This document shows, piece by piece, positions 48,889-59,527 of a stretch of 64,000 nucleotides of DNA. The stretch comes from Acidobacteriota bacterium (GTDB lineage: Bacteria; Acidobacteriota; UBA890; WLXD01): the NCBI GenBank assembly GCA_963666215.2, contig CAXWPL010000005.1, positions 896,001 through 960,000 of the forward strand, written 5' to 3'. The notes beneath the pieces were generated by a model, which saw only the letters and a program-made list of their open reading frames with translations, was not told the origin of the DNA and did no database searches. The translations under genes were made by a program, and so were the position numbers. Position 1 is the first letter of the stretch. Each line of letters begins with the position of its first letter.

Positions 48889-50721
48889 ATGGATCACGAC
48901 GCCATCGCCGTTGTCGATTTCGGTGGGCAGTACGCCCACTTGATCGCCACGAAGGTGCGTCGACAGGGAGTGCTCGCGGAGATCCGGCAGCCTGAAGACC
49001 CAATCGAGGCCTTCGCGCCGTACAAGGGCATCATCCTCTCGGGCAGCCCGGCGCTGACGTCGCACGGCGAAGACTCCGACTACAACAAGCAGATCTACGA
49101 CCTCGACGTACCGATCGTCGGGTTCTGCTTCGGCCATCAGGAGATTGCCAAGCACTACGGTGGCGACGTCGTCCATGGCGGCCGCGAATGGGGCAAGGCG
49201 ACGCTGCACCTGATGGAGGAGCACCCGCTCTTCGAGGGCCTCGGCCCCGCCGAGCAGGTGTGGATGAGCCACTACGACTCGGTCGCCTCGGTTGGCCCCG
49301 AGTTTCGCGAGCTCGGCTACAGCTCGAGCAGCAACGGCCAGCCCGACCACCGCTTTGCGGCGATTGCCTCCGACTCGCTGCGGCGCTACGGCTTCCAGTA
49401 CCACGCTGAGGTCGACCACACGGTGCACGGCGACCAGATGATCGCCAACTTCGTGCTGCGGATTTGTGGCTGCGAGCCCACCTGGTCGATGAAAACCTAC
49501 GTCGACGAAGAAATCGAACGTATTCGGCGCCAGGTTGGCGACCGCTCGGTCTTCCTGCTCGCCTCGGGCGGCGTCGATTCCACCGTCGCCGCCGCGCTAC
49601 TCGGCCGAGCCCTCGGGTCGGAGCGGTTGCACCTGCTGCACATCGACAACGGCTTCATGCGCAAGAACGAGAGCCGACAGGTGGTCGAGCTCTTCGACGA
49701 TCTCGGGCTCGACGCCAACCTGCACTTCGTCGACGCCTCCGACGTGTTTCTCGAGGCCATCGCCGGCGCCATCGAGCCCGAGCACAAGCGCCGCATCATC
49801 GGCGACACCTTCGTCGCCGTGTTCGAGAACGCCGCCAGGCGCCTCGGCCTCGAGGACCACCTGCTCGGCCAGGGGACGATCTACCCCGACACCATCGAAA
49901 CCGGCGGCACCAAGCGCTCCGACACCATCAAGACGCACCACAACCGCGTGCCACTCATCGAGGAGATGATCGCCGCCGGCCGCGTCGTCGAGCCTCTGGC
50001 GGATCTCTACAAGGTGGAGGTCCGCGAGCTCGGCGAGGAGCTGGGAATTCCCCATCACCTCGTGTGGCGACACCCGTTCCCCGGCCCCGGTCTCGGTGTC
50101 CGCCTGTTGTGCGACGACGGCACACCCGACACCGAGGGGTTCGAGGCGCTCGAGCCGCAGCTGGCGAAGGTCGCCGCCACGTTCGGACTCGAGGCACTCG
50201 CGCTGCCGATCCGCTCGGTTGGCGTGAAAGCCGATCTCCGGGCCTATGAGCATCCCGTGCTGCTGACGGGCGAGATCGCCTGGGATCGGCTGATCGAAGC
50301 GATGTCGGTCATCACCGCCGAGGTCCCGGGGCTGAATCGTTGCATCTGGAACCTGGGTCCCACGCATCCGCCCGGTGCACAACCGATTGCGGCGACGGCG
50401 ACGCGCGAAAGACTCGACCTGTTGCGCGCGGCCGACGACATCGTTATGCAAGCGCTCGCGCGTCACGGCCTCTACGACGACATCTGGCAGTGTCCGACGG
50501 TTCTGATACCGCTCGATCTCGGGCCGAACGACGATAACGGCGGAGGCGAGCTCGTCGTCGTCCGCCCGGTTCACTCGGCGCGTGCCATGACGGCGGAGGC
50601 GGTTGAGCTACCGCTGGCGCTGCTCGCCGAGCTGCGCGAAGGCATCCTCTCGATGCCCGGCATCACCGGTCTGGCGCTCGACCTGACGTCGAAGCCCCCC
50701 GGCACGATTGAATGGGAATAG
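48889..50721 (+). CDS. guaA: GMP synthase (glutamine-hydrolysing)
   Basis: DFGGQYAHLIA, GFCFGHQ, WMSH.D, SGGVDS, QGTIYPD, IKTHHN, RHPFPGPGL, KPPGTIEWE. Confidence 0.96.
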   Translation: MDHDAIAVVDFGGQYAHLIATKVRRQGVLAEIRQPEDPIEAFAPYKGIILSGSPALTSHGEDSDYNKQIYDLDVPIVGFCFGHQEIAKHYGGDVVHGGREWGKATLHLMEEHPLFEGLGPAEQVWMSHYDSVASVGPEFRELGYSSSSNGQPDHRFAAIASDSLRRYGFQYHAEVDHTVHGDQMIANFVLRICGCEPTWSMKTYVDEEIERIRRQVGDRSVFLLASGGVDSTVAAALLGRALGSERLHLLHIDNGFMRKNESRQVVELFDDLGLDANLHFVDASDVFLEAIAGAIEPEHKRRIIGDTFVAVFENAARRLGLEDHLLGQGTIYPDTIETGGTKRSDTIKTHHNRVPLIEEMIAAGRVVEPLADLYKVEVRELGEELGIPHHLVWRHPFPGPGLGVRLLCDDGTPDTEGFEALEPQLAKVAATFGLEALALPIRSVGVKADLRAYEHPVLLTGEIAWDRLIEAMSVITAEVPGLNRCIWNLGPTHPPGAQPIAATATRERLDLLRAADDIVMQALARHGLYDDIWQCPTVLIPLDLGPNDDNGGGELVVVRPVHSARAMTAEAVELPLALLAELREGILSMPGITGLALDLTSKPPGTIEWE

Positions 50722-50864
50722 CCCCGGAGTAGCCGCCCGAAACGGTTCGAGTCGGCGCGGCGCAGATCACGTCGCCGCACAACGGGCACAGGGAAGCCGG
50801 AACGAACCGGTAATGAGCTCGGTCCGATCCGCGGGAGGCCCGGACATGGCGCTCTCGGCGGCGG

Positions 50865-52121
50865 CTACGCGAACCGGCTCGGTGCGAATGGATCGCAATC
50901 GATATCAGCCCGGCCGTCCACCAGCAACGCCGCCAGGAGCTCGCCGGTGGAAGGCGCCAACGTGATTCCCACCATGCCATGACCAGCTGCCGCCCACAGA
51001 TCCGGGCCGCCGCTGTGAGGGATCCGCCCGATGAGTGGCAGCCCGTCGGGGGTGAGCGGGCGCATGCCCATCCATTCGCGGGCACTCGCACCGGCAGGCG
51101 GACGTCGCATGTAGCCGGCGATGGCGATTTCCAGCGATCGAAAGCGGCGCCGATCGAGCCGCGCGTTCACACCCGACAGCTCCATCGTGCCGCCAAAGCG
51201 CAGGGCGCCGGCGAACGGGGTGCCCGCCGCCTTCGAGTCTCCGAGATAGAGCGGCGCTCGAATCGTCCATTCCGGATCGTCGTAGGTGACGGAATAGCCC
51301 TTGCCTGCCTGTACGGGCAACGAGGCCCCGAAGCGCTCGGACACTTTCCCCGACCAGGCTCCCGCGGCAATCACCACCGCCCCGGCCTCGATCTCTCCGG
51401 CGCTGGTCAGCAACCTGCCGCCGCAACGACCGTTGGCTCGGTAGCCGACAACCTCTTGGTTGTCGAGCACCTCGACGCCATTGCGACCCAGCCAGGTCAC
51501 CAAGCCATGCGTCAGGCTCTCGGGCCGCACGTGCCGCTCGGGACCGATGAACAGGCCCGCAACCACGGCATCGTTCAGCTCAGGCTCACGGTGTCGAGCT
51601 TCGTCGCCCGACAGCGACTGGAGATCGGCATAACCGTGATCGCGCCAGTACTCGAGCTCCTCGATCTCGGCACGCTGCTCGCGCTGGCTCTTGAAGGCGA
51701 ACAGCAGGCCCTGCTCGTAGATCTCGAGCTCCACACCATCTCCGGCGAGCTGTTCATAGAGCTCCATCGTGCCGTTACCGAACGCGGCCATGGCTTCGAG
51801 GCCACGGTGGTGGTCGCGCGCGTTGCAGTGCCGCCAGAAGCGCCACAGCCAGCCTGCGGTTTCGGGTAGCGCGCGCGGCGCGATGTAGAGCGGATTGTCG
51901 CTGCGCAGCAGCCAGCGGAGAGCGGTCAGACCGAGCCCGGGCGACGGCATCGGCGCGGTTAGCGACGGTACAATCCAGCCCGCGTTTCCCTCCGTGCAAC
52001 CACTGCCCGGTGCGGACTTGTCGACAACCATCACGTCAACACCGCGCCGCCGGAGCGAGTATGCGCAACACAGGCCGACGGCGCCCGCTCCAACCACGAC
52101 CACGTCGGCTCGCTTGCTCAT
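50865..52121 (-). CDS. D-amino acid dehydrogenase (DadA-like FAD oxidoreductase)
   Basis: VVGAGAVG, GNAG, GKGYS, WMGMRPLTPDGLP, GHGMVG.T. Confidence 0.88.
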   Translation of the reverse strand: MSKRADVVVVGAGAVGLCCAYSLRRRGVDVMVVDKSAPGSGCTEGNAGWIVPSLTAPMPSPGLGLTALRWLLRSDNPLYIAPRALPETAGWLWRFWRHCNARDHHRGLEAMAAFGNGTMELYEQLAGDGVELEIYEQGLLFAFKSQREQRAEIEELEYWRDHGYADLQSLSGDEARHREPELNDAVVAGLFIGPERHVRPESLTHGLVTWLGRNGVEVLDNQEVVGYRANGRCGGRLLTSAGEIEAGAVVIAAGAWSGKVSERFGASLPVQAGKGYSVTYDDPEWTIRAPLYLGDSKAAGTPFAGALRFGGTMELSGVNARLDRRRFRSLEIAIAGYMRRPPAGASAREWMGMRPLTPDGLPLIGRIPHSGGPDLWAAAGHGMVGITLAPSTGELLAALLVDGRADIDCDPFAPSRFA

Positions 52122-52251
52122 CTGTTCGCTCGACTGTCCATGCGGGCGGGCTCGGCAGCGCAGGCCGGCTGCGAAATCAGGGTTGTGGGTTGCACCGTTG
52201 GGCGCCCGGGCTTTGCGTTGGCACCCGATCGTACGTTATGCATTGGGCTCC

Positions 52252-53840
52252 ATGGTCCGACGAATCTTCTTCACGAGCTCGATTCTGCTGCCCGCGCTGG
52301 TCGTGCTGGCGGCCCGCCAGTGGCCGCCAGCCATCTGGCTGCTCGCTGTGATCGTCCCGATCATTCTGCTCGGGCTGCACGACGTCATCCAAACCAAGCA
52401 CGCACTGCTACGAATCTTCCCGGTAATCGGTCACGGGCGCTATCTGATGGAGGAGATCCGGCCGGAGATCCAGCAGTACTTCGTAGAAAACAACATCGAC
52501 GGAGCTCCCTACTCACGGGAGCACCGCTCGCAGATCTACCAACGCGCCAAAGGCCAGCTCGACACCGTGCCGTTCGGCACGCAGCGCGACGTCGAGCGCG
52601 AAGGCTACGAGCAGATGGCGCACTCGATCGATCCCGCGGCAACGCTGCACGAGGAGCCTCGTGTGCGCATGGGTGGTCCCGACTGCGCGCAACCGTACGA
52701 CGCCTCGCGGCTCAACATCTCAGCCATGAGCTTCGGGTCTCTCGGGAAAACCGCGGTGATGGCTCTCAACGAAGGGGCACGGCGTGGTGGCTTCGCCCAC
52801 AACACCGGCGAAGGGGGCATCAGCCCGTACCACCTCGAGCCGGGCGGCGACCTGATTTGGCAGGTAGGAACCGGCTACTTCGGGGCGCGCGCCGCCGATG
52901 GCGGCTTCGACCCCGATCGGTATCGCGACAACGCCCAGCGACCCACTGTCAAAGCCGTCGAGCTGAAGCTCTCGCAGGGCGCCAAGCCGGGGCATGGCGG
53001 CATCCTGCCGGCCGCCAAGCTCACCGAAGAGATCGCGCCGGCATCCGCGGCGTACCGATGGGCCAGGACGTGCTCTCACCGCCCGGCCACAGCGCCTTCG
53101 ACTCGCCCACCGGCCTGCTGGAGTTCCTGGCACGGCTGCGCGATCTGTCGGGCGGCAAGCCGGTCGGGTTCAAGCTATGCGTCGGCCGACGCTCGGAGTT
53201 TCTGGGGATTTGCCGCGCCATGGAGCAGACCGGTATCACTCCCGACTTCATCACCATCGACGGCTCAGAGGGTGGCACGGGCGCCGCACCACTCGAATTC
53301 TCCAACTCGGTCGGCCTGCCGCTGCGTGAAGGACTGCGCTTCGCGCACAACGCGTTGGTGGGGTTCGGGGTCCGCGATCGGATCCGCATTGTCGCGGCAG
53401 GCAAGATCAGCACCGCGTTCCACATCTTCAAGGCAATCGCTCTGGGAGCCGACCTCTGCAACTCGGCTCGCGGCATGATGTTCGCGCTCGGCTGCATCCA
53501 GGCGCGGGTTTGCAACACGAACCGCTGTCCGGTGGGCCTGACCACGCAAGATCCCTCGCGCATGCAGGCGCTGCACGTGCCGACCAAGGCCGAGCGTGTG
53601 GCCTCGTACCACCGAGACACCATCCACACCTTCCTCGAGCTCGTCGCCGCCGCGGGCCTCGAGCACCCCACGCAAATCGGCTCGCAGCATGTTCTACGCC
53701 GCGTCGACCCGTTCACCATCAAGCCGTTCTGCGACGTCTACCCGTGTCTCGAGCCGGGCACGCTGCTCCACGACGGCGAGGTGCCCGAGCGCTGGCAGCC
53801 GTGGATGGCGGCGGCGAGCGCCGACCGGTTCCGCGCCTGA
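52252..53840 (+). CDS. FMN-binding glutamate synthase family protein, frameshifted near 53040
   Basis: SAMSFGSL, HNTGEGG and ELKLSQGAKPGHGG in one frame; IDGSEGGTGAAP and GCIQARVCNTNRCPVG in the next. Confidence 0.9.
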
Positions 53841-53884
53841 ACCACCGAGTTAACGGGCGCGCCTGGAGGTGAAAGCTCGGCGCG

Positions 53885-54421
53885 TCACGATTCGGTCGGC
53901 GACATCCTCTGGGCCAACCACGCCAGCACCAATCCGGCAAGGAAGAACCCGACCACCAACTCCATCGCGCGCGCGAAAGCGTACGCCAGAGGAAAGCCGT
54001 ACCCGATCGTGTCGGAGCCGTAGGTCACGAGAGCGGCAGCAAGCCCGGCAAGGGCGAGCACGCCGGCGCGCTCGAGCACGGCGCTGCACGTGATCGCCTG
54101 CAACAGTGCCGCCAGCGCCAGCGCCACCACCATGTCAAGAGCGAGCTCGCCCGCCAGCCGTGACCCGATCCCCGCCGCCTTGTCGGAGCGATCGGGCAGC
54201 ACCGACATCACGGCAAAGACGCCATACGAGCTGTAATAGATGCCGTTGCCTGCCGCATACGGCCGCATCGCGTCGATCAGCTCGACTTGGGCCGAGCCGT
54301 TGCCGCGAAAGCCCTGGACCGGTGGCCCCGGCCACGGGACCGCGGCATTGGCCAACGAGCGCCAGACAAACAGCGTAAGCCCGCCCAAGATGGCCCCGGC
54401 CACCAGGAATCTGCGATTCAT
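53885..54421 (-). CDS. Four-TM membrane protein of unknown function
   Basis: MNRRFLVAGAILGGLTLFVW plus three further hydrophobic segments; ATGA overlap with the upstream small gene. Confidence 0.65.
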   Translation of the reverse strand: MNRRFLVAGAILGGLTLFVWRSLANAAVPWPGPPVQGFRGNGSAQVELIDAMRPYAAGNGIYYSSYGVFAVMSVLPDRSDKAAGIGSRLAGELALDMVVALALAALLQAITCSAVLERAGVLALAGLAAALVTYGSDTIGYGFPLAYAFARAMELVVGFFLAGLVLAWLAQRMSPTES

Positions 54422-54612
54422 CGCCGGGCTGGCGTGTCTTCGCGGCTGCGCAGCGGGCGCAGAAGCCCGACCCAGAACGACAATTCGAAGGCGGCACCGA
54501 GAACAAGGAACACGACGAACGTAATCCCGGCGCCCACCATCGTGATCGCCGACAGGAAGTAGCAAACCAGCGCCGCTACCAGATAGACCGCCAAGCGACC
54601 CGCTCTACGCAT
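54418..54612 (-). CDS. Small two-TM membrane protein
   Basis: Hydrophobic 64-aa ORF with a GGAG-like RBS, coupled to the downstream gene. Confidence 0.55.
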   Translation of the reverse strand: MRRAGRLAVYLVAALVCYFLSAITMVGAGITFVVFLVLGAAFELSFWVGLLRPLRSREDTPARR

Positions 54613-54897
54613 TGTCACGACTCCCTTCTCGAGTTCTCGCCGACTCGTCTGCGCTGCACGCTGCAACGCCTGGCGCTCAGCCTAGCAGCAGCTGGCGCAC
54701 GATTGATGAGAGTTGGTTCTTGACCGCAGTGTCCGGGAGCAGTTATCCAAGAGCCGGTTCCCTGCCCGCACCGACGTGGCGGCTTACTACACAAAACGAA
54801 CATCGGCTGCATCGAGGCTGACCACTCAGCCCCCTGATGGGCGCCTTCTTCCTGAGCGGCCTCGATCGCGAAGCGACCTGCTCGACGGCCGCCAAAA

Positions 54898-55203
54898 CTA
54901 GGCCGAGCCGCGCGCGCGGTCGATCTCGAAGCGCTGCTGAGCCACCTGGCGCACCAACATGCGCTTCATGAGCGACTGATACGGCACGTCCTGCTCCGCC
55001 GCGAGTAGCTTGATCGACGCAAGCAGCCAGGCAGGCATTCGCACTGTGACGCGCTCCGTCGACTTCGCTTCGCTGGGTAGCGCGGCATCGGGACGCTCTC
55101 GTGTGTCGAAGTACGGCAGCCACTCCGCCTGCCGACCCCACCACTCGGCTTCTTCTTGCTCTGAAGCGAACTCGGGAATCTGCTTGACCTTCGCGGGGCT
55201 CAT
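54898..55203 (-). CDS. BrnA/CopG-type RHH antitoxin
   Basis: IPEFASEQEEAEWW, RVTVRMPAWLL..IK..A....VPYQSLMK. Confidence 0.88.
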   Translation of the reverse strand: MSPAKVKQIPEFASEQEEAEWWGRQAEWLPYFDTRERPDAALPSEAKSTERVTVRMPAWLLASIKLLAAEQDVPYQSLMKRMLVRQVAQQRFEIDRARGSA

Positions 55204-55500
55204 GACTCGAAGAACCTCCTTTCTTTGCGACTCATCGGTCGCGCCGAGATCACTCGGATCTTGCGGTCGCGGCTCGTCCAAAATCACGGCGATGAGCCGC
55301 CCGTCGCCCGTCTGGCCCAAAGCGAGAAAGCGCTCCTCGCCGACCGCTCTGGCTCGAAATACCCGTAGTCGATCGTGACGACCGAAGATCTCCTCAGCCT
55401 CTCCAGCGCAGACTCCATGCTTCGCGAGCTTGTCGGTATTCGAGGCGTCCCAGTCGAACCGAAGTTCGCCAGCCGTCAGGATCTCTGGGTAAATGTACAT
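55200..55500 (-). CDS. BrnT-family toxin, frameshifted at the A4 run 55280-55283
   Basis: FDWD..N..K..KHGV...EAEEIF, EERF.ALG.T; removing one T restores WTSRDRKIRVISARPMSRKERRFFES*. Confidence 0.85.
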
Positions 55501-55655
55501 GATCAAAGCGCAATAAACGACGATCAAGGCACCCAAGAACGACAGCTAGGGCGCGTGGCAGCGTCGCAACGGTCTTGGTGCGAGCAGTTCTCTCTCAGCT
55601 ATGTGAGACGGTCACGGCTCGGATTGCCGACAAGGGGACCCCTGCCCCGCCTTCG

Positions 55656-58040
55656 CTAGAAGAGCCTCAGCAGCGCCTCGAGCAGATCGACTTCCTCGGC
55701 GGTCAGCGCGACGACGGGGCCATCGGAAACGCCGCCCTCGGCGGGCGGCGGCAGCGGGATCAGCGGCTCCTGGTCGCCGCCCTCCGGCCGATCCCGATCC
55801 CGAGCGCGCTCGGCGGATGCGTCGTAGTGATGCCAGGCCCGCGCGCCTCGGTAGCGGAAACGCTCCAGCAGGTCACGCATGGAGCTCGCCGAGCCGTTGG
55901 TGAAGTAGGGTCGCTTGTCCCACACGCGACGCAGGCTCGGTACGCGGGCGCCGCGCGCCGAGATGTAGGGAACGATGCCGGTCTTGGTCATCGAAGCCGC
56001 GCCCCAGACGGCGTCTCGACCCTCGAGCTGCAGCCAGTCGGCCCACTCGGCGAACGCCACGCCTTCCCCGGCGTCACGAGTCGAGGTGCCCGCCTGGTGG
56101 CAGCTCGCGCAGCGATCGCGGAAAACCGTGAGCGCCCGGCGCGCGCCGTCGCCCAGCGTCGCACCCTGGGCAATCTGAGGGTTGGGCGGGTGCGGGCTGT
56201 CGACGAAGAAGGCGAGCATGGCGCGGCGTTGGTCGGCGGGCGCGAGCACATCGGGAAGGTCGCCGAGCTCGCGTAGCCAGGCGTGATCGTCGACTGGTAG
56301 ATCGAAGAAGGCCTGGCGCTCCTGATTGGCGACGCGAAACTCGTTCATGATCATCACGGCGAGCGACGAATCACCCGCGCGTGAGAACAGCGGCACGTTG
56401 TTGGCCAGGCCGCGGAGGGTCTTGGTGGTGGCGAAGACGTCGTCACGGCCGGTGTAGTGAGTGCGGCCGTCGACGCCGCCCTCGAAGTGGCAAGTCTCAC
56501 AGGAAAACCGCGACAGCTCACCCTCGGTGCGATTGTCGGGCGCCATGAGGGTTGTGTAAAAGAGCTGCTCGCCAAGGCGTACGTCGACTGCGTGTGCGTC
56601 GCGAGCCTCGCCGAGCTCGGGGGCGTCGGGCATGCGAATGCGATGCGTCCGGAACGTTGAAGCTGCCAGCGGCACGGTGACGACCCGATCGATCAGCGTG
56701 CTCGTCGCCACGATGCGCTCGGACTCGACGACGAAATCGGTAACCCCGGCTGGCACCGCAAGCTCCTCTAACAAATCGAGCCGATCCGGCCGAACGGCGA
56801 AGAGCCCGAGAGTTTCGGAGCCGAAGCCGCTGACCCATGCGCAGCCAACGGTTACGCGGAGGCGCTCGCATTCCGGATGGGCCGCGCTCTGCTCTTCGCT
56901 CAGCAGATGAATTGCCTTGGGCGTGACGATGGGAATCTCCGAGAGATTGAGCTCGGCGAGCAGCGTTGCGCGCGTGTTGGGCGGTTCTGAACCGGAACGA
57001 GAGTCCACCTCTCGGCCATCCAACCGGGGCACGTGGTACGCGAACAGGAAGGAGTCGACGTAGCCGAACTCACCGCCTGTGCGATCGAGAGGCCGATTCT
57101 CGACGCCTCCGGCGACCACCAGAAACCCGTCGTCGTGGTGCTGTACATCGAACGACCAGATGGGGCCGTCGTGTTCGATGCGAATCGCACGACCGAGCTC
57201 CGGTTCCCCCTCGACGAGAGGAATCACGACGAGCGCGTGGCCGAGCAGCTCGTTGACGAACAGATGTCCAGCCAGAGAGCGGACCCGCAAAGGCCTCGAC
57301 CCGAGCTCGTAGCTCGTAGCTCCATCGACGTTTCCGGCGAGACCTCCCGCCGGGTCGTCGATCGACATCTCCGGAAGCTCGAGCCGTTGCATCGAATCGT
57401 CGAAATCGTTCAGCGCGTAGATATGATCGCCAACTCGAACCAGGTCGCGCGCACGCGCGCCGCCATGCGGTAGATCCCACAGATGACGCAGCTCAGAACC
57501 GGATACGTGGTAGGCGCCGATGTTGGCGGAGAGCTCGCCAACAACCAGCAGATGTCGTCCGTCTACCAGGTCCCACCCCACAGGTGAGCGCGGCACCCGG
57601 ATCGAGTCGAGAAGTTGGAGCCCTTCGTCGAGAAGCACCACCCGCGACGCGTGCCGCAGCATCACCAGGTACCGCCGCGGGCCATCGAGCGCCAGCAATC
57701 GATAGGGCTCGGTTCCAAAGCGAGCGACCGTATTGGCGATCGTCTCCTCCGGTGTGCGCGGTTCGCCGCCGGCAGGATGGGTGAGCAGCATCGCCTCTTC
57801 TTCGGCCCACAGAGCGAGGCCGATGCGCTCCTCTTGCGAGCGCATGCAGCCGCCCGCGGCCAACGCCGCGAATACCAAGGCCAGCACAAACGTCGAAGAG
57901 ACGACCGTTCCAACCGCGCCGGCGACGATGCTGATCCCGGTCCTCAAAGCCGTGTCTCCCCGGCGGCGACGGTGCGCGCGCGATAAAGCGAGGGCCCCGC
58001 GCCTTCCTTGATCGAAGACACGGGGCCCTGATGTTGCCAC
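55656..58040 (-). CDS. Lipoprotein with a beta-propeller and a di-heme cytochrome c peroxidase/MauG-like domain
   Basis: Lipobox-like AGGC; LGEQLFY, SCETCH, CASCH, VPSLR.V....PYFTNGS; start uncertain. Confidence 0.75.
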   Translation of the reverse strand: MATSGPRVFDQGRRGALALSRAHRRRRGDTALRTGISIVAGAVGTVVSSTFVLALVFAALAAGGCMRSQEERIGLALWAEEEAMLLTHPAGGEPRTPEETIANTVARFGTEPYRLLALDGPRRYLVMLRHASRVVLLDEGLQLLDSIRVPRSPVGWDLVDGRHLLVVGELSANIGAYHVSGSELRHLWDLPHGGARARDLVRVGDHIYALNDFDDSMQRLELPEMSIDDPAGGLAGNVDGATSYELGSRPLRVRSLAGHLFVNELLGHALVVIPLVEGEPELGRAIRIEHDGPIWSFDVQHHDDGFLVVAGGVENRPLDRTGGEFGYVDSFLFAYHVPRLDGREVDSRSGSEPPNTRATLLAELNLSEIPIVTPKAIHLLSEEQSAAHPECERLRVTVGCAWVSGFGSETLGLFAVRPDRLDLLEELAVPAGVTDFVVESERIVATSTLIDRVVTVPLAASTFRTHRIRMPDAPELGEARDAHAVDVRLGEQLFYTTLMAPDNRTEGELSRFSCETCHFEGGVDGRTHYTGRDDVFATTKTLRGLANNVPLFSRAGDSSLAVMIMNEFRVANQERQAFFDLPVDDHAWLRELGDLPDVLAPADQRRAMLAFFVDSPHPPNPQIAQGATLGDGARRALTVFRDRCASCHQAGTSTRDAGEGVAFAEWADWLQLEGRDAVWGAASMTKTGIVPYISARGARVPSLRRVWDKRPYFTNGSASSMRDLLERFRYRGARAWHHYDASAERARDRDRPEGGDQEPLIPLPPPAEGGVSDGPVVALTAEEVDLLEALLRLF

Positions 58041-58106
58041 CCTGAGCTCAGGCCCGCGCGGTGCGTTGCCGTCGCGTGGTCGAAGCGTCAGGGCTCAGCG
58101 GTGCGA

Positions 58107-58577
58107 CTACCAGCCGCCGCCGCCGCCGCTAGGCATCGACGGACGCGGTGCGGTCCGCTTTTCCTTCAGCTCCATCGTGATGTTCCACGTCGGAGCGTCC
58201 TCGGGCAGGCTCGTCATCGCCACGAGGCCGGCAATGGCGTCGGAGTCGTCGGAAGTATCGACCTCCATCGCCGGGAGAACCAAGACGGTGATCGTCTCGC
58301 CACCAGCAAGCGTCACGATGTCGTCACGCACCATCTGAACGAGATAGGCCTTCTTGTCCTTCTTGATCCAGTACTCGGTCTTGCCGTCCGACAGATCCTT
58401 GAGGGTGAAGGAGTGCTCCTTGCCGTTGTTCTTGAGCGTCTTGCCCTTCTCGCCCACCTTCATGAGCTTGACTTCGATCTCGCGGCTGGTCTGGTGACTC
58501 GCGTAGGCTGCCGTCAACCCAACTGCGAGCACAACCGCCACGACCGCGACGAACAGCGAGCATTTGCGCATATGCAT
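58107..58577 (-). CDS. Small secreted protein ending SGGGGGW
   Basis: Signal peptide, Lys-rich with biased codon usage, GGAG upstream of the ATG. Confidence 0.7.
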   Translation of the reverse strand: MHMRKCSLFVAVVAVVLAVGLTAAYASHQTSREIEVKLMKVGEKGKTLKNNGKEHSFTLKDLSDGKTEYWIKKDKKAYLVQMVRDDIVTLAGGETITVLVLPAMEVDTSDDSDAIAGLVAMTSLPEDAPTWNITMELKEKRTAPRPSMPSGGGGGW

Positions 58578-58740
58578 GCTTCTCCGATGGGGGGAGTTGA
58601 GAGGTCACAGACATTATCCACCATCGCGGGCCGTTCAGAGCAACCTGGCGGGGACGAAGTGCGTCAGCGCAATGACGAGCGACAGCGTTTTGACCCATCC
58701 ACGAGATCTATTCTCGTCTCGACGCCGCTCCATTACCGAT

Positions 58741-59469
58741 CTACTCCGGCGCGACCAATCGGATACGCAAGATCCGATCGAGCAGCGGAAACGAAGCATC
58801 GAGATGCGCATTGCCGCCGGCGATCATGCGTGCCTGCTTGCCCAGCCGCATACCACCGCCGGCCGATTCGCCGTATCCGGCGTGGAGAGAGTCGAGCACA
58901 TCCATCCCTTCGATCACACGCCCCAGCGGTGCGAAGCCCTGCTCGTCGAGCTCCGGATTGTCGACCAGGTTGAAGTAAATCTGAGTGGTACGAGTGTCGG
59001 GGCCGGTCATCGCGTAGGAGAAGCTGCCGCGTGCGTTGGTCGCCGCTACGGGGTCGTCGCGCAACGCTCGGCCGCGCCAGGCGGCGGTAACAGCGGGGTT
59101 GCCGGGCAAGCCGAACTGAGCGATAAAACGCTCGCGCAAACGATAGAAGCGGGAGTCGTCGTAGAACCCGAGTCGAATCAGGTTGTAGAAGCGATCGGCC
59201 CCAATCGGCGCCTGCGCCCGCTGCACCTCGATCGTGACATCGCCCTTGCTGGTCTCGAGGAGCGCTCGAAATCGATCGGGCGCCTGTCGCGACCACTCGG
59301 CGTGGTCAGGATCGAGCAACAAAGAGCCGGGGTTCGCCGCGCGCGCCTGCGACACCGCCCGTGCGTCTGCGGGGCTGAGGCTGGCGGCGAGCAGCACCGG
59401 CAGACTCGAGGCGACGATCGTGCTTACGATCACCCAGCGAGTTGACCACCACTCACGTTTCTCGTTCAC
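58741..59469 (-). CDS. Cyclophilin-type peptidyl-prolyl isomerase
   Basis: ETSKGDVTIEV, APIGADRFYNL, FIAQFG, TRTTQIYFNL.DN..LD..GFAP.G.V. Confidence 0.92.
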   Translation of the reverse strand: MNEKREWWSTRWVIVSTIVASSLPVLLAASLSPADARAVSQARAANPGSLLLDPDHAEWSRQAPDRFRALLETSKGDVTIEVQRAQAPIGADRFYNLIRLGFYDDSRFYRLRERFIAQFGLPGNPAVTAAWRGRALRDDPVAATNARGSFSYAMTGPDTRTTQIYFNLVDNPELDEQGFAPLGRVIEGMDVLDSLHAGYGESAGGGMRLGKQARMIAGGNAHLDASFPLLDRILRIRLVAPE

Positions 59470-59527
59470 TCATCACCTCGCGCAGGGCCGGTTCAGGATA
59501 AGCTCGAACGGTAGGCAAGGATACGTG

